Origin: Octopus sinensis | Lineage: Eukaryota | Assembly: GCF_006345805.1 (NCBI RefSeq) | Contig: NC_043002.1 | Location: forward strand, 15,128,001-15,192,000 | Direction: 5' to 3' | DNA: 64,000 nucleotides | Shown here: piece after piece, positions 1 through 14,488 of the stretch | Layout: every line of letters begins with the position of its first letter | Position numbering within the stretch: the stretch's first letter is position 1 | Program-made: the position numbers and the translations under genes | The notes under the pieces: model-generated | The model's input: only the letters and a program-made list of their open reading frames with translations | Told to the model about the DNA's origin: nothing | Databases searched by the model: none

Positions 1-203
<203 letters not shown>

Positions 204-800
204 TTGCGCTGCCACGAAGGAAATTTCGTTTTTCGTAATAGAGTTACGATATTTTTGAGTGAATTTTCTCAAATCTATATTTTCCTTTTGACATTTGATA
301 GCCGATACATTTAGCTTACTTTAGAAGCCAATTGTGTGTAATTTTGCATACTGCTGTTAGTTCAGTTTCAATTTTAACATGGAGTGCAAAAACGAGCATT
401 TTCGTCAGATTTTTTTTTTTTTTTGTATAAAGGCTAGAATACTGCTGAGTTTCAAAAAGAGATATTTAAACTCCATGGTGTTGATTGCTTAACAGTACGC
501 ACATGTCAGAAACGATTTTAAAAATTCTGTTCTGGAGATTTGTCGCTCAAAATTACCAATGTTCTGGTCGACCTACTGAAGTTGATGATGACAGAATCAT
601 AGCCGTAACTGAATCTGATCATCATATAACTGAGCGACAGATTGGTGAGAGGGCATATGTACCACACAAAACAATTGGAAATAGATTTAAATGTCTTGGA
701 ATAGTTAAGAAGCTCGATATTTGGGTTCCACGTAAAGTACTAGATGTTCACATAAGACAATGAATCAATATTTGCGATATGCAACTCACACACAATGAAA
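204..800 (+). mobile_element. Mariner transposon relic (5' end and N-terminal transposase, frameshifted)
   Basis: ATG at 379 reads MECKNEHFRQI; ORF 485-763 contains SGRPTEVDDDRI...LGIVKKLDIWVP, matching the mariner HTH region and WVPHEL motif. Confidence 0.85.
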
Positions 801-909
801 TTGGAGGATGCACACAAAGTAAAATGGCCTTAATTGTCAAATCGCAAAGAAATCGTATGTGTGCCTGTGTATGTGTATGTGTGAGAGAATATGTGTGTCT
901 GTGTGTTAA

Positions 910-954
<45 letters not shown>

Positions 955-1716
955 CATCTCTCTCTCTCTCTTAAGTTTTCCTTTCTCATATATATTTCTT
1001 ATTTTTTATGCCATTTTAAAATCCATTTCACGTATATTTTTACGTGATGGATTTCTTCTTTCTTTTCTAAATAATATATGCATATGTTCCTTGTTTTGGT
1101 GTATTTATTGTGTCATATGTATTTACTATTGTTATGTTAACCATAAGTATATAATAATTATCTAACTTTTGTCTCGTATTATACCAAGTTATATAATGTT
1201 TTGCGCTTCGGGTTCAACCTGAGCACTTTCAAGCAATTGTTTAAAAAGCAGTTTTGGAATTAAAAATCAACCCCCACACACACTCATATATATATAGACA
1301 AATATAAAATAAGTATAGAAGCATTAGGAGCAAAAGGCAAAAAGATGTACACGGTAAAGTTGGAAAAATGTGGTGCGTGTAACGAGTAAAGCATGGCCCT
1401 TCCTTAGAAAGAGGAGAGAGGAACGATGCAGTGAGAAGGACAAAAATCCCAAGAATTGTAAGTGTATTGTTACATGGCTATTCAGCAAAAGTACGTTTAT
1501 GGTTACGTGGCATTCCACTCTTGACCGAGGCAGACCATCACTGAGCCTTGTCTATGAAAACTGCCAGCGATGCCCATGATTGCGGTTATAGCACAAGCAA
1601 TCGGCTTCAGGTGCTTTCACCACCGCGAGTCCATTGCTCACCGCACCGGCCTCTTATACAACAGGGTATTCGCATTTACATACATACACACGTGCATACC
1701 TACATACATATATACG

Positions 1717-1787
1717 ATCACACTGATGAGCTACGGACAATTACGTAAATAATTACGTAAGTGGTAATAGCGAAACTAGTTTGTGAT
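1717..1787 (+). ncRNA. Minimal type-I hammerhead ribozyme fold, intact core
   Basis: ATCACA-CTGATGA-GCTA...TAGC-GAAA-CTAG-TT-TGTGAT: 6-bp stem I, canonical CUGAUGA and GAAA, G-C closed stem II, palindromic AACTAGTT stem III, GUU site. Confidence 0.8.
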
Positions 1788-2419
1788 TAATATATATATA
1801 TGTGTGTGTGTGCGTGCCTGTGTGTATGTGTGTGTGCGTGTGTGTGTATGTGTGTGTGTGTGTGTGCGTGCAAGGTGTGTGTGTGTGTTCTAATTGTTTT
1901 AATCCTCTTCAGTAGCCATTCTTACTCGACTGTCCTTTCATAAAGGCGGCAGTTCGACACTGCAGCCCTCTTTTGATTTTCTTTCTGTAATATAGGTTCA
2001 TTGGGACCTTGAGCAGCAGCAATTTAACATCTACTCCCACTCCTAGGGAAATCTCAGATTTGCACATAATAACGGAGAGGAAACAGCAGAAAACGAATTA
2101 ATGACATTGAAAGATCTTCACTGTATTTAAGTTGTACCATAAGTTTAATATGCGTATATGTTTATGTAAATATTTATATATCAGCAAAATTATTCAGAAT
2201 TGAATATTTACATAGATATTAATATTAATATTGTTATTATAATTGACGTCAATGTTAATAGCCCATAATAAAAAAAAATGTTAATATCGGTGGCTGCAAT
2301 CCTAAATCAGTGTTATGTAGCCTTTTTGGGGGGTGTGTGTGCTCCAAATGAGTGTTTTAACACTTATTTCTTGCGGGAAGACACTTTATTGTGTCCTTGA
2401 TTAATATTATATATGATAT

Positions 2420-2510
2420 AATACAATATAATATATAATATAATATAATATAATATAATATAATATAATATAATATAATATAATATAATATAATATAATA
2501 TAATATATAT
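2420..2510. repeat. (TAATA)n pentanucleotide microsatellite
   Basis: Tandem TAATA units. Confidence 0.95.
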
Positions 2511-2629
2511 ATATATGTATAAGTATGTATATAAGCTGAATTAGTAACATTTAATCAAGCAATATGCTTAGAACTAACAGAAACTGTATATCACAGCATC
2601 CGATATCTCCGCTTTTTCGAAAGCGTTTC

Positions 2630-3900
2630 GAAATGACAGGATAGAAAGGATTCATGTCATACCCAGTCTGTGACATACGGGTAGCTCATATCAAACAGAG
2701 GAAAACAGTAATAAATCCTACATACCACCCACCACATGTTCCAAATTATCGGTAACCATTTGAAGAAATATTTAACAACGGCGATGACCACATGCACATA
2801 TTTCTAAGAACCGCCAACTTCCAAAATATTGAATGGCTTGAGTGCCACCTCCTGTCAGATACTAACTGCTTGGCCTGAGCCATACAGAATTTCAGCTTGA
2901 GCTCACAAACATGCTATTTATGGAGCAAATAGTGCTCCACCCAACAAGAGAAAAATTGTCTTGGTCCTTTACTTTACAAATAACATTGCGCTCATCCATA
3001 ATATTAATGTCACACCGATGATAGTCTGGCAAAGGAGTTTAATACAAGTAACAGTGTACGGTCTGCAGAAATGTATAGACGTATAGGCTACTAGAAACAC
3101 CCAACTGCTCTTTAGCCTGAAGTTGCACAAATCCGATTGTGAGGAAGGTCATGGAGCAAAACTGGTCTCCCAGCCTCACTACGCAATATACTGGCGTAAA
3201 GCTGCAACACTTTCTAACAATCATGCACCATATATGCAGTACTTTTGATTCAGGGATATATGCAAAGCCAACAGATAAATATAATTCCTTTGGATAGGAG
3301 GATTCTAATGAGAAGGCGAGTAATATTGTCAATCTGACTAAATGGGTAACTAAAAGATATCAAGAGATCACATCTCAAATAAACTAGATGGAAAATAAAC
3401 TCAAACAATTCCACCAAAAGGAGAGGGCAGAAAAAGAAGCCAGGGCTGTCAACAACATTAAGGTAAGTGCTAAAGCTTTCTATAGATATGCAAGAGAATT
3501 TGCTTTAGTACGGTACAAGATGGTGCCAATGTTCGACGAAAATGGCTCGCCGAATGCGGAGCCCTAGACGATCAGTAAAATACTGAATGTGCAATACAAG
3601 AATGTTTTCACCACTCTCCTTGGGACACTTGAACAGATGAGTCCTTGAACGCCATTGCCATTCTACACAATGAAATGGCAATGAAGCTGTTGTAATATCA
3701 GCCTTTGATGAAATAAACTCATACTCAGCCATAGGTCCTGATGTATTCAGTGATCCTTCTAAAGAGATTCAAAGGGTAACTAGAAAGACCACATCGGATA
3801 CTCTACGGAGACACAGCATAGCCAGGAGACTTGGAGATTGGTTGTATGGCTTCTTAAAAGACAGAAGCCAGCCTGTGGCATCCAATAGACCCCTTAGCTG
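2630..3900 (+). mobile_element. Old CR1-group LINE relic with most of the RT core deleted
   Basis: 3390-3740 reads KERAEKEARAVNNIKVSAKAFYRYA...PMFDENG...QYKNVF...SAIGPD, then GRLGDWLYGFLKDRSQPV. This is collinear with the LINE at 61-64 kb (RAEEAWAIEKIKLNPKVFFSFA...PLIDENG; GKLLQWIKCFLSNRTQHV). Weak endonuclease traces lie upstream. Confidence 0.75.
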
Positions 3901-4240
3901 GAAAACTGAAGCACTAGTTTGCAAAAAATTATCATTTATAAATTTAAGAAGTGTCTTTTCAGTTGCTCTGTATGACGTCGAGATGATGGGAATTCGCGAT
4001 TTTATATGAACGTAGATGACATTCGTGTTAGAAATGCAGTAATGAAAGTTCAATTCATGTCCAAGACCCAATAAATCAAATACTTTTAAACTCATGCACA
4101 CTCACCCAATCATACACCTGAGCAAAGAAACACGTATACTAATACAAACAAATACACGTGTTTACTTATATTCATAATATACGTTTAATTTACACATGTC
4201 TATACAGACATACATTCATGCATATGTATTAATACACAAA

Positions 4241-4290
<50 letters not shown>

Positions 4291-4354
4291 CAATATATAC
4301 ATATATATATGCATGCATATATACATATAAGTGTATATACACACACACACACAC

Positions 4355-4440
<86 letters not shown>

Positions 4441-5499
4441 GTATGTATGTGTGTGTGAATAGATCACTTAACATGAGCTTCGTAAAGGTACTTCACCAAT
4501 ACTTATCTTAGAAACCAAAAGATGTGTAACGGAATGTACAACCTTGAGATTTGAACTAACAACGGAAAGAATTACATCTAAATAACACTATTACCACGTA
4601 ATTTAGGAAGCGTTTCAATTAATGGAATTTATCATACAAAATACGGAATGAGACATGCCAATTAGCAAATTACCTTGCAGCTACTGTTATCTAATTCACT
4701 AATTTATCAGGCTACAGAAAGATTTTGAACTGGACTTACGGTCAAGTCACATAATGTCATCTGCCTTAGTTAATACAACTGTCAAAATGCAACATGTTTA
4801 CCTGTCAGCGTAACCTTTCTAATCAGCGAAGAACCCGCTGCTGAACTACGAGGATTGCGTTATCCAACCGGCCTGAATAAATGATGAAGGAACCAGCAAG
4901 CAATTTAATCTACTCAGGGCATTTTATACATGCTCTGTAACAAAATCATTTGGGATCTTTTACGGCTCTACAGAGAATATTTCGTTATCTGTAAGGTCAT
5001 AAATACGTAACAGGTGAAATAGGTAATGCTGTATATAGTTATCTTGACAACAGGTCGCAGTGAAGTAATCCGGTAATTTAATCGACCACCAAACTTACCA
5101 AAAGCTGTAATGACTTTTAGGACTTTAGAAACCGACATTTGCCTCATAGTATATCTCACTGAATCACAAGAAACGAATATTGCTGTAATTCATTCGATAT
5201 CGGTATCAATGATGTATGGTCAACGATTTGATCCAAAATTAACATGTAAATGGTTAGGAATATTCCAAAAGCATGCCCATGCATAATACAGGATCTTATC
5301 TTAATCAGAGTCACGCAAAATGAGAAAGCTCTGCATTTGCACGATATAAATAATCGAGAAAGAAAGAGACAGAGAGAGAAAGAGAGAGAGAGAGACAGGT
5401 GGAAAGAGAGGGAGAGAGAAATACGGACAGAGAAACAGAAACAGGCAGAGCGTGAGAGAAGACAAGGATAGAGAGAGAACCGATCGCTATTCACATATT

Positions 5500-5635
5500 C
5501 GGCTGGACATTTGTTATCGCCCGCAAACTGTAAAGTTGACCTCGGTCAAGTAATGACTCCAGGGAACAGCCAGCCAGAACAAATACTTCAAATCATTCTG
5601 ACTGGCGTTGTAACAATTGTGACAAAGTGTCGCAT
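5500..5635 (-). mobile_element. Highly decayed SINE family B copy
   Basis: AAAGTTGACCTCGG and flanks resemble the reverse complement of the family B core. Confidence 0.5.
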
Positions 5636-6324
5636 AACGATGGTAATATTATGTTAAACTAGCGTGGGATAACGATATTTTCTAACTGTTTACTTAATTA
5701 ATTCTGTAATGGTCTTTTTCATCTTGGATCAATCGATAACTGCAATGCAAATAGAGCATCATATGCTATAATACGCTATAATACGCTGTAATATTGTGCT
5801 TCAATACAATCAAATTAGATGTTGCACATGGGCTGCAATAAGTGTTTTAAACAAATACCTACAGAAACGGATAGCCTTTACAAAACTGCTTTAAAGGAAA
5901 CTTTAAAGGAAACTTACTGTTCAAAATTATTGGAAAATGGCTGACGTAACTTTAGATATATACCCAAAAGTATGTGCGTACTCTGTTTCCATGAGTAACC
6001 ATAGCGGTAATCGGGGAGATTTCACCTACTTCCTGAAATATAACACCTACGGTACAGGTAAATCAATGTAAACCTAAATATAATAATGCATGTAAATTAT
6101 ACGGCAAGATTTTGTTGATGATGTCGATAAATCTATAAGATTTAGTACATTGGGTAAAGCAATCTAAGTACAATATCATGGTTATCAGAACATATATATA
6201 CATCGATCAGAACCTTTTATTTAAAAAACTTACTACCAATGGAATAAAAAATACCCATAATAAAATCAGTTTCATCTTTTTATTTACATGAAATGAATAT
6301 TCAAATATAAAGAATTAATTATTC

Positions 6325-6388
6325 CTCGGGGAAATTCGTGTTTCGATAACATTTGATAACCTCTTGATCTTCATCGAGATTCACCGAG
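6325..6388 (-). ncRNA. Decayed hammerhead-like fold
   Basis: Minus strand: CTCGGTGAAT-CTCGATGA-A-GAT...ATC-GAAA-CACG-AA-TTTCCCCGAG. Stem I pairs 8/10; core and cleavage triplet are mutated. Confidence 0.35.
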
Positions 6389-7159
6389 AAAATGTGTCAC
6401 ACTGCCGAAGAGGAAAACTGCAATTATCATTCATAAAATTAAGTAAGATATATATAATATTACGCGAATAATTATGGACAGATGTTTGCATAGTCTAAAC
6501 ATTGGAAAGAGGAGGAAAATAAAGTAAATATTGTAAAAAAAAAAAATGAATTTTTAGTAATTGTAGCTCGGCGCTTCAAGGTTTCTGAATATGAGAATGC
6601 GAAAAATGTTATTATAAAATTTATCAACTTTCCATATAATAATTTCAAATCTAATATTACTACTCTATTGTGTGTTGTGCCTAAAACAAGCTAAACAGTT
6701 GTCATACTGATAATGCGAAAAATATAATTTCCTACTGAAAAAAAGGTACGTGTGACCTGTTTAAAAATCTATTATCTTTACATTTTACTGTTTACTTTTT
6801 GCAGTGACACATGTTATCTTTCACATATTTTTCAATTCTTTGCTCTAGATTTCGTTTTCCTATTGTTTTTAGTTTCAAAATATAAAAAAAAAACACATCT
6901 TTATATTTAAAATTTGATAGAAATGTCCTGCGGGGGGAATGTATGATAGTAATTTACAAGAGAGAATATTCGAACATGACAATGATAATATTATCAACAA
7001 AATCCTATCAGCTATAAAGATATGGCTGCATAAATATCCCAATAATAAAATCAAACAATTCCATCATTGACACAGATGCAATTACACTAGTTTCTATTAA
7101 ATTTCCTCAATATTTCCATTGTTAATATATTTGTGTTTGTGCACGTGTAACCAACCACA

Positions 7160-7372
7160 TGAGCACATACGCACGCACAAGGGCACACACACACACACAT
7201 ACATATACACACACACATACACACATATACACACACATACACACATATATACACACACACATACACACACACATACACACACATGCACACACACATACAT
7301 ACACATACACACACATACACACACATACACACACATATACACACATGCACACACACATACACACATACATGT
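7160..7372. repeat. Compound (CA)n/(CATA)n microsatellite
   Basis: Directly visible; explains the overlapping low-complexity ORFs. Confidence 0.95.
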
Positions 7373-8394
7373 ATCTAGATGCCTACGCACGTGTATACAA
7401 ATGTGTATTTCTTTATTCTAATAACGTTCGCGTTCAAATTCTTTCTCCATTTTGTTGTATATTTAGTTATCTTTAATTCATTACAATCGTATTGCTCTAT
7501 TCGGAACCCCTTCATTTTGGCAAAAGTATTCCTTCAGTTAATAATTACTCTGCTCCTTAAGGTACTCAAATTCCTTAATTATTATTTCGAAGCATACTTT
7601 CTAGAGGGACTGGCGCCAAGTTTATTTAATTTCCATATTCCTGTCTCCTGTGCGTATTATCATAATTTCAAGTGAAAATAATAGAATTTCCATTTACAAA
7701 ATTTCTTTATATAGCCCTTGGCATGCAAGATCTGCTGTGTCGTTTAAACTATGCCATAATATCGAATTCTATTGCAGCTGACATATGTTTGTGGTGCTTA
7801 TCTGCCGCTAAAGGCGCACCAGCCACTACTTCATTAATTATATTAATTTCACTTCTTTGTCATTTACTCGAACTTTTAGTATAAAAAACGTCATATAGCT
7901 TGGTGCTTGTTAATATTATTATTGTTGAAATCCTAGGTAATTATGGTCCCTTCAATATTTCAAGTAGATTAATGACCTTGCATATTATACATATATAAAC
8001 ACACATATACATACAGACATACATGCATACCTACATACAGATATGCAAATAGATATATACGCGTGTGTCCATAAAGAAAGATAATCATGTATATATATAG
8101 GTATATTAATGTGTATGTATATATATAAATATATATATAAATATATATATGGAGAAAGAGGGAGAGGGAGAGAGAGAGGAAGATTTCTCCTCCGATCTCT
8201 TTCACAATTTCTTGCACTCCTTTTTTTTCATTTTATCTTGCTTTTTCTTTCTTCTTTCCACAAATTATACTAATAAATTTAAAAGTAAAGTATGAAGGAA
8301 AGAACGTAAAAAATCTTCTGAAATTACTCTAATTAAAGGACGAACTTGCATGCTATCCTTTAAAATATACATACATGCATACATACATACATAC

Positions 8395-8461
<67 letters not shown>

Positions 8462-9959
8462 GTATATATAACGTATATATAAACGTATATAATAGATAGA
8501 TAGATTTGGTCAAGTCAGTTTCTTACTATTCTGAGATTCATCTACAGGTACACAGTTAATGCCTAAGTTATAACATAAATTATTAAATTAATCTCTATCC
8601 CGATACTGAGTACTCTTTTTCTTATAATTAATATCAATGGATATATAGATATGTGTGCATGTGTATGCTTTGACCTTTTTATACATGTATTTTAGCATGA
8701 CATTTGCTCGCTGAATATGTTAATACAACCAGCAATCGCAGGCGATATATTTTGTTTAAAAAACCACAGACACTCGTATTTATGTATCGACAAAGCTGAG
8801 TTTTACAACACCTTCGTTGTACATGTCCTACATTTACGCCCTTTTCAGCTTATCGGTAAATAACGCTCCTTTTACGAGTTTACCATAATGTACTCGGTGT
8901 TCCACTCTGGCAATTAAATATATACCGTCATAATCAACTTCAGCAATAGATATTTGCTTAAATACTGATTCATAACCTCACTAGAGACTATTCCACTTTC
9001 ATAAATGAGTCCGTAATCTCGTTTTCAATGAAGTCGTAGACCATGTTTAAATCCATCCGCAGGCCAGCTTACCTCCTGGATAGTATTTGCTTTTTTTCCT
9101 TTCGGTATAGTAATATGCATATGAATGCATTTATCCCTACGTCTATGATGCGTTAGAACACAGCAGTAGTAACATTCACGCTCAACTTCAATGATATATG
9201 TGTATAGGGCAACTTATTTCAATGAGAAGTGACACGCTTTAAAGGAGTCGGTCAGTTCCATGTATATGTTGTTTATAACACATTTTTTTCCGACAGAGTA
9301 AGTGGAAAGAACAGCATTCATTTAGCGATCACTTTTAGAATGCACAACGTATTGGAACGGAATATCACTACGAACAAATCATTTGTGAATGAATATACAC
9401 CTGACGTCCTGGGAATACGCTATTCTAGGAAAAGCCAATATTTTTCTTACTAATATGTCTTAAGAAGATAAATTCAATTGTAGTATCCCGCTGATATGTA
9501 CACTGGAAAAAACTCAAATTCGTAATATCAATTCTGTAGGGAATTACTGTCAGAATCAATGTAGACCCTTTCTTGGAAATGTTTCATTTGGAAATGTAGA
9601 ATTGTTTGAAATGCTATCGTGGGACATTCCTAGCACCTTGTGAAAAATATAAGCAGTATATTGCCAGAAAATCCTTTAACTAACATGTAATAATGCCAGA
9701 ACATGGATACGCCTCATTTCGAAACGTTTTCGCTTACTCTGCTAGTTATTATTTCGCAATCGTTTATTCCTGACAGCTCTTAAGCAAGCAATTTCAAACA
9801 TAACATATCGTGTAAGCACGCTTTTGCATAGAAATTAAGATGCATGAATGAGGGTGCCAAAAAATATATATTAGAACATGAATTTCGACCAATATACGGG
9901 TGTTTCTTCCAAGATCCTGATAACATTGTAAGCGTTGCAGCTTCGCTGTAACGCTTACA

Positions 9960-10170
9960 ATATTGTTTTAAAATGTTGGCAGAAGGTCAGCAATTAGATT
10001 AGAGTGGGAAATTAATTACATAGACCCCAGTGCTCAACTGGTACCTATTTTATTTAAATCGAAAGGATGGAATCAAAGACGACATCGGAGTAATTTGAGT
10101 GGAGTTGCAACGTCAAACATGTTGCCAAGCATTTGTCTGGTGTGCTAACCATTCTGGAAGGTCACCATCT
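9960..10170 (-). mobile_element. Old SINE family B copy
   Basis: GACCCCAGTGCTCAACTGGTAC...GAAAGGATG matches the reverse complement of the family B core. Confidence 0.75.
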
Positions 10171-10297
10171 TTCATAATGTCTAAAATATTAGGAAGTATT
10201 TTTCAATTTTATTTATGTTAGATGCTCTAAAATATTTCTTATGAAGTTAATTCTTAATTTATTTTTGAATTGGTTGACGTATTACCATGAATAACAA

Positions 10298-10455
10298 TAT
10301 TATTTTCTACTCTTGGCACAAGGCCCGAAATTGGGGGAGTGGGGGACCAATTGATGAAATCGACTCCAGAATGCAACTGGTACATAATTTATGGATCGCG
10401 AAAGGATGAATGGCAAAGTCGACCAGGGCAGAATTAGAACTCAGAACGTAGCTAC
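10298..10455 (-). mobile_element. SINE family B copy, 5'-truncated, alternative tail
   Basis: GAAAGGATGAATGGCAAAGTCGACC...GAACTCAGAACGTA core; tail TTTTCTACTCTTGGCACAAGGCCCGAAATT. Confidence 0.8.
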
Positions 10456-10720
10456 TGACGACATATCACGAGTAACAATATTATTAGGTTGCAAGAATGG
10501 AGTGCTTAAACAATTTCATAGGATACATTTCAATTACAAGACTGTATAATCCATATTTTTCGCTGAACGCTGTGATTTTTCTTATCCCATCACATTTTCT
10601 GGGTTATAATTCATACGCGTAATTAATCACGATAACTGTAGCATTGAACGTCAAATAACACAAATATCTCTCTGCATTCAGAAATTAAGTAAGTAGAAAA
10701 TTAATTATCTTATCCAAGTC

Positions 10721-10935
10721 AGGCGGCAAGATGGTAAAATACTTAGCATGCCGGCTAAAATGACGAGCGGCATTTTGTCTGTCTTTACATTCTGAGTTCA
10801 ACTTCAATTGAGGTCGACTTTGCCCTCCATCATTTCGGGGTCGATAACGTAAATATATGTTCAGTATTGAGGTCGTTGTAATCGTCTTTCTCCACTCACT
10901 AGAAAATGCTGGTTGTTGACTAAATTTGAAATCAA
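10721..10935 (+). mobile_element. SINE family B copy
   Basis: AGGCGGCAAGATGG head; TTCTGAGTTCAA box B; GAGGTCGACTTTGCCCTCCATCATTTCGGGGTCGATAA core. Confidence 0.85.
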
Positions 10936-11259
10936 CCAAATTACTACAATTGAAGTTCTTGGTCACACATGCATGTGGCTTAAGAGAAGTTTCTTATAGC
11001 TGTTTTAATGTCCGCATGTGTATATTCTCTAACTTCATATCATGTAGACATGAGCTAAACATAATAATAACATCTGAATTATAAACAAGACAACAATATT
11101 TTGATCTGCATGATGCTAATGTTCACTTACTAATGACGCAGTTAAATCAATTAATTTCTATTTGATCATTGTTGCGAAGATGTCCTTGCGCTAATTACTT
11201 CATTATAGGTATATATATATCTGATGTTTTGCAAACAACTTGCTCATACAAGTGCTACC

Positions 11260-11890
11260 ATTCGAAAGCGCCGCACACCGGAAAACAACAAGTGTATACG
11301 ATCATCAGGAGACGACCCCATCTCAAGGGTATCAATGCGTACCGGGAACCTCACTGATCTTAGGCCCCGCTTGCTAGATCAAAAGCGCTCCATATTCTTC
11401 TAGCCATCACTCATCGTCTCCTTTTAACCAAATCCAGTAGCTAGCCTCTTCCAGTGTAGTATGGATATCGCCCTTGATGGTATATAACTTAAGGAGGCAA
11501 GCTGGCAGAAACGTTAGCACGCCGAGCGAAATGCTTAGCAGTATTTCATCTGCTGTTACGTTCTGAGTTCAAATTCCGCCGAGGTCGACTTTGCCTTTCA
11601 TCCTTTCGGGTTGATTAAATAAATACCAGTTACGCACTGGGGTCGATATAATCGTTTGTCTGTCCTTGTTTGTTCTATCGGTGTTTATCCCCTTGTGGGT
11701 GGTAACGAAATGGGTATTTAACTTACGATGAGTTAGGTCTAACGATAACATGAGTCGCTCCACACTGTGTCCAACAAATCCTCTATATCCGAATTCGATT
11801 GGAAAATGCTCCGCTTTCCAGCCTGCGTATTCACATTCCTCGACGAGCTTTACATAACGGTCAATCTTTCGAGCTTGAGCGACGCCCATT
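11260..11890 (-). mobile_element. HERO/NeSL-type RLE non-LTR retrotransposon 3' relic, split by a SINE
   Basis: AQARKIDRYVKLVEECEYAGWKAEHFPIEFGYRGF (ORF 11569-11889) continues past the SINE as TLEEASYWIWLK, typical of HERO-clade restriction-like endonuclease C-termini. Confidence 0.75.
11491..11712 (+). mobile_element. SINE family B (tRNA head, Meta-domain-like core) with TSD
   Basis: Full copy. TSD GGTATATAACTT (11479-11490) / GGTATTTAACTT (11713-11724). Confidence 0.92.
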
Positions 11891-12523
11891 TTATCTTCGT
11901 ATATACGTATAAAATTTTAAAAATTGATAATCTGTACTTATATATATGTGTGTGTGTGTGTGCATGAACGTGGGTGTATTTGTGTGTATATTCATACACA
12001 TACACTCGCATATATCAATGAAACATGTAACTATGTACAGTATAGATATGTACATATGCCTCATTTCTGCTTGCACATAGATAGAGAGAGTGATGCATTT
12101 GTAGAGACAATGAGAGATTGAGAGATAGGGGGAATCGATTCGGATTCCTTATTAATGGTTTTAAAGAATGCATATTCTCACGATATATTTATGGATCACT
12201 GAAAAGAAAATCCAACATAAATACAAGCACAGATATAAAGCTAACCAATCGTTCATTTCCCACGGTTTCCTCCAATTATCACAAATATACATGGATCACA
12301 TGTTGCTTGGAATATCAGCTTTTATACAATTAGGTGTCAGCTTGTAGATATAAGTGAAATTTGGTGCAAACGTTCTTGGATAAAATCACATTGAGAATTG
12401 AATAATTAAGATGTATTGGTGATCAATTTGTACCACATGTGTGTATACCCAAATGCGCAGGCATACTTAAAGTAAACACACACGTATACATGTTGTATAT
12501 ATATATATATATATATATAAATA

Positions 12524-12570
<47 letters not shown>

Positions 12571-12640
12571 ATATATATACATACATACATATGCAGATTG
12601 ATAGATATGTGTATATACACATAGATACATATGTGTATAT

Positions 12641-13513
12641 AAGCAGGAGGGGCTGTGTGGTAAGTAGCTTGCTCTCCAACCATGAGGTTCCGGGTTCAGT
12701 CCCACTGTGTGGCATATTGGACAAGCGTTATCTCCTTACAGCTTCAAGCCGATTAAAGATTTTGAGTGGATTAGACAGAGACTGCTCCGACTCCTACTTC
12801 TTCTGTTCACTGCTACTCACCTTATCTCTTCTCTTCACTCCTACACATAATCTCCCTTCCCCTTCATCGTCAACTTCCCGCGTAACGCCACTCCTGCTCA
12901 ATCTACACCACCTTCCCTCTCCAAAACCTTCCACCCCAACCCGTTCTATAAATCTACTCCCACACACCCCACCTCTACACCTACCCTCAGCCTAACCTAC
13001 ACACCACCCTTGCTTTTCCCACTCTCGCCTCTTTCACATCCCAACACCATCACACCTCACAACACACCACCATACCACACAATATCACATCACATCAAAC
13101 CACCTCCCACACACTTCCCAGCCCCACACCACCATCTACACACCTACACATACACACACGCACACACCCTATTCCACACCAGCTCTCTTCCACACGCATA
13201 TACATGCTCTCTTGTACACACGCAAACGCACCTTCATTTTGGGATCACCACTACTTTATTATCTCCACTTCTTCCTAGCACTCTAGTGTGACCCCTCTGT
13301 TCGGCATTCGCCATGATAGATCGCTAGTCACTACACATTCCTTATTTTCTCTTCTTGTTTCTTTCTGTGGAAGAGCGGAAGCTCGAAATATTAAATACTT
13401 TTTCACTTCCGGGGCGTTAAACTAATTCATCTTTTTGTAGTCTATACCACCTGCTATCGACTTGTATTTTTTGTGAATTTTTCCCTCTGTCTGACTCTTT
13501 CTCTCTCTCTCTT

Positions 13514-13544
<31 letters not shown>

Positions 13545-13578
13545 TTCTCTATCTCCCTCTCATTCTCTCTCTCTCTCG

Positions 13579-13629
<51 letters not shown>

Positions 13630-13812
13630 GTGTTTGCCCCCACGTGCCCTATCACTTGACAACCGATCATGGAGTGTTTATGTCCACGAAACGTACCGGT
13701 TTTGCAAAGCAGACCGACAGTATAAGCACAAGGCTTACAAAGAATAAGTCCTGGGATCGATTTCTTCGTCTGAAAGGGGTGCCCAGCATGGACGCAGTCA
13801 AATGTCTGAAAC
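12641..13812 (+). mobile_element. SINE family A copy interrupted by a C-rich / Penelope-pLTR-like insert
   Basis: Head GGCTGTGTGGTAAGTAGCTT...CCGGGTTCAGTCCC (12641-12784) and tail TTGACAACCGAT...CTGAAACA (13628-13812), separated by about 840 bp of other sequence. Confidence 0.8.
13361..13398 (+). ncRNA. Decayed hammerhead-like motif in pLTR-like insert
   Basis: CTGTGGA-A-GAGC-GGAA-GCTC-GAAA-TA-TT; same architecture as the motifs at 27137 and 56699, but with a mutated core. Confidence 0.4.
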
Positions 13813-14407
13813 ACACCATAAACGCCGAGTGCCGAAAGGAACAGGATAAACAAGAGTTTATCAGAACCCAATGCAAATAATTAGAAAATAGAGAAAAACA
13901 GATTAACGAAAACATTGGTTGGACCACATTTATGTATTAACACAATGCATGACAACAAATTTGACAGCCATTTCTAATCAGATTACCAGAATGGAATCTA
14001 TACATAAATGCATGAATAAAATTCTTCATCTTCATAGGGCATTCACATTAAAGCAAAGGATCTTCATTAGAGTGAAAAACAAGAAGTTAGAATATAACAA
14101 AAGGGAAGAAGGAAATGTAAAGCAAACATGGCTTAGACAAATAGTCAAGAAGCCCAATATGTTAAATGTAAATAATTATTTATCTACAGATTTGTTATGC
14201 CATGCTTTGTGTTAACAAATAAGCTATAAATGTCGTCCAATCGATGTGTTGGTTAATCTATGGTGTTCTCCATTATCTAATTATTTGCAATGGTATGTAT
14301 ATATATATATATATATGTATACAGAGACAGAGGATGAGAGAGGGGAGAGTGAATATGAGAGATAGACATACGCATATCTTACATATCGATATATTCACAT
14401 ATATATG

Positions 14408-14488
<81 letters not shown>

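Noticed and set aside
1324-1660. Overlapping short ORFs in a GC-richer patch
   Set aside because: No recognisable domain or splice structure; probably an unclassified repeat remnant.
4802-4872. Minus-strand segment bounded by TTTATTCAG acceptor and GTAAAC donor
   Set aside because: All three frames contain stop codons and nothing else supports an exon; it would be non-coding at best.
11295-11315. CTGATGA on the minus strand as a hammerhead core
   Set aside because: No stem II followed by GAAA; it lies in the 3' UTR of the HERO-type relic.
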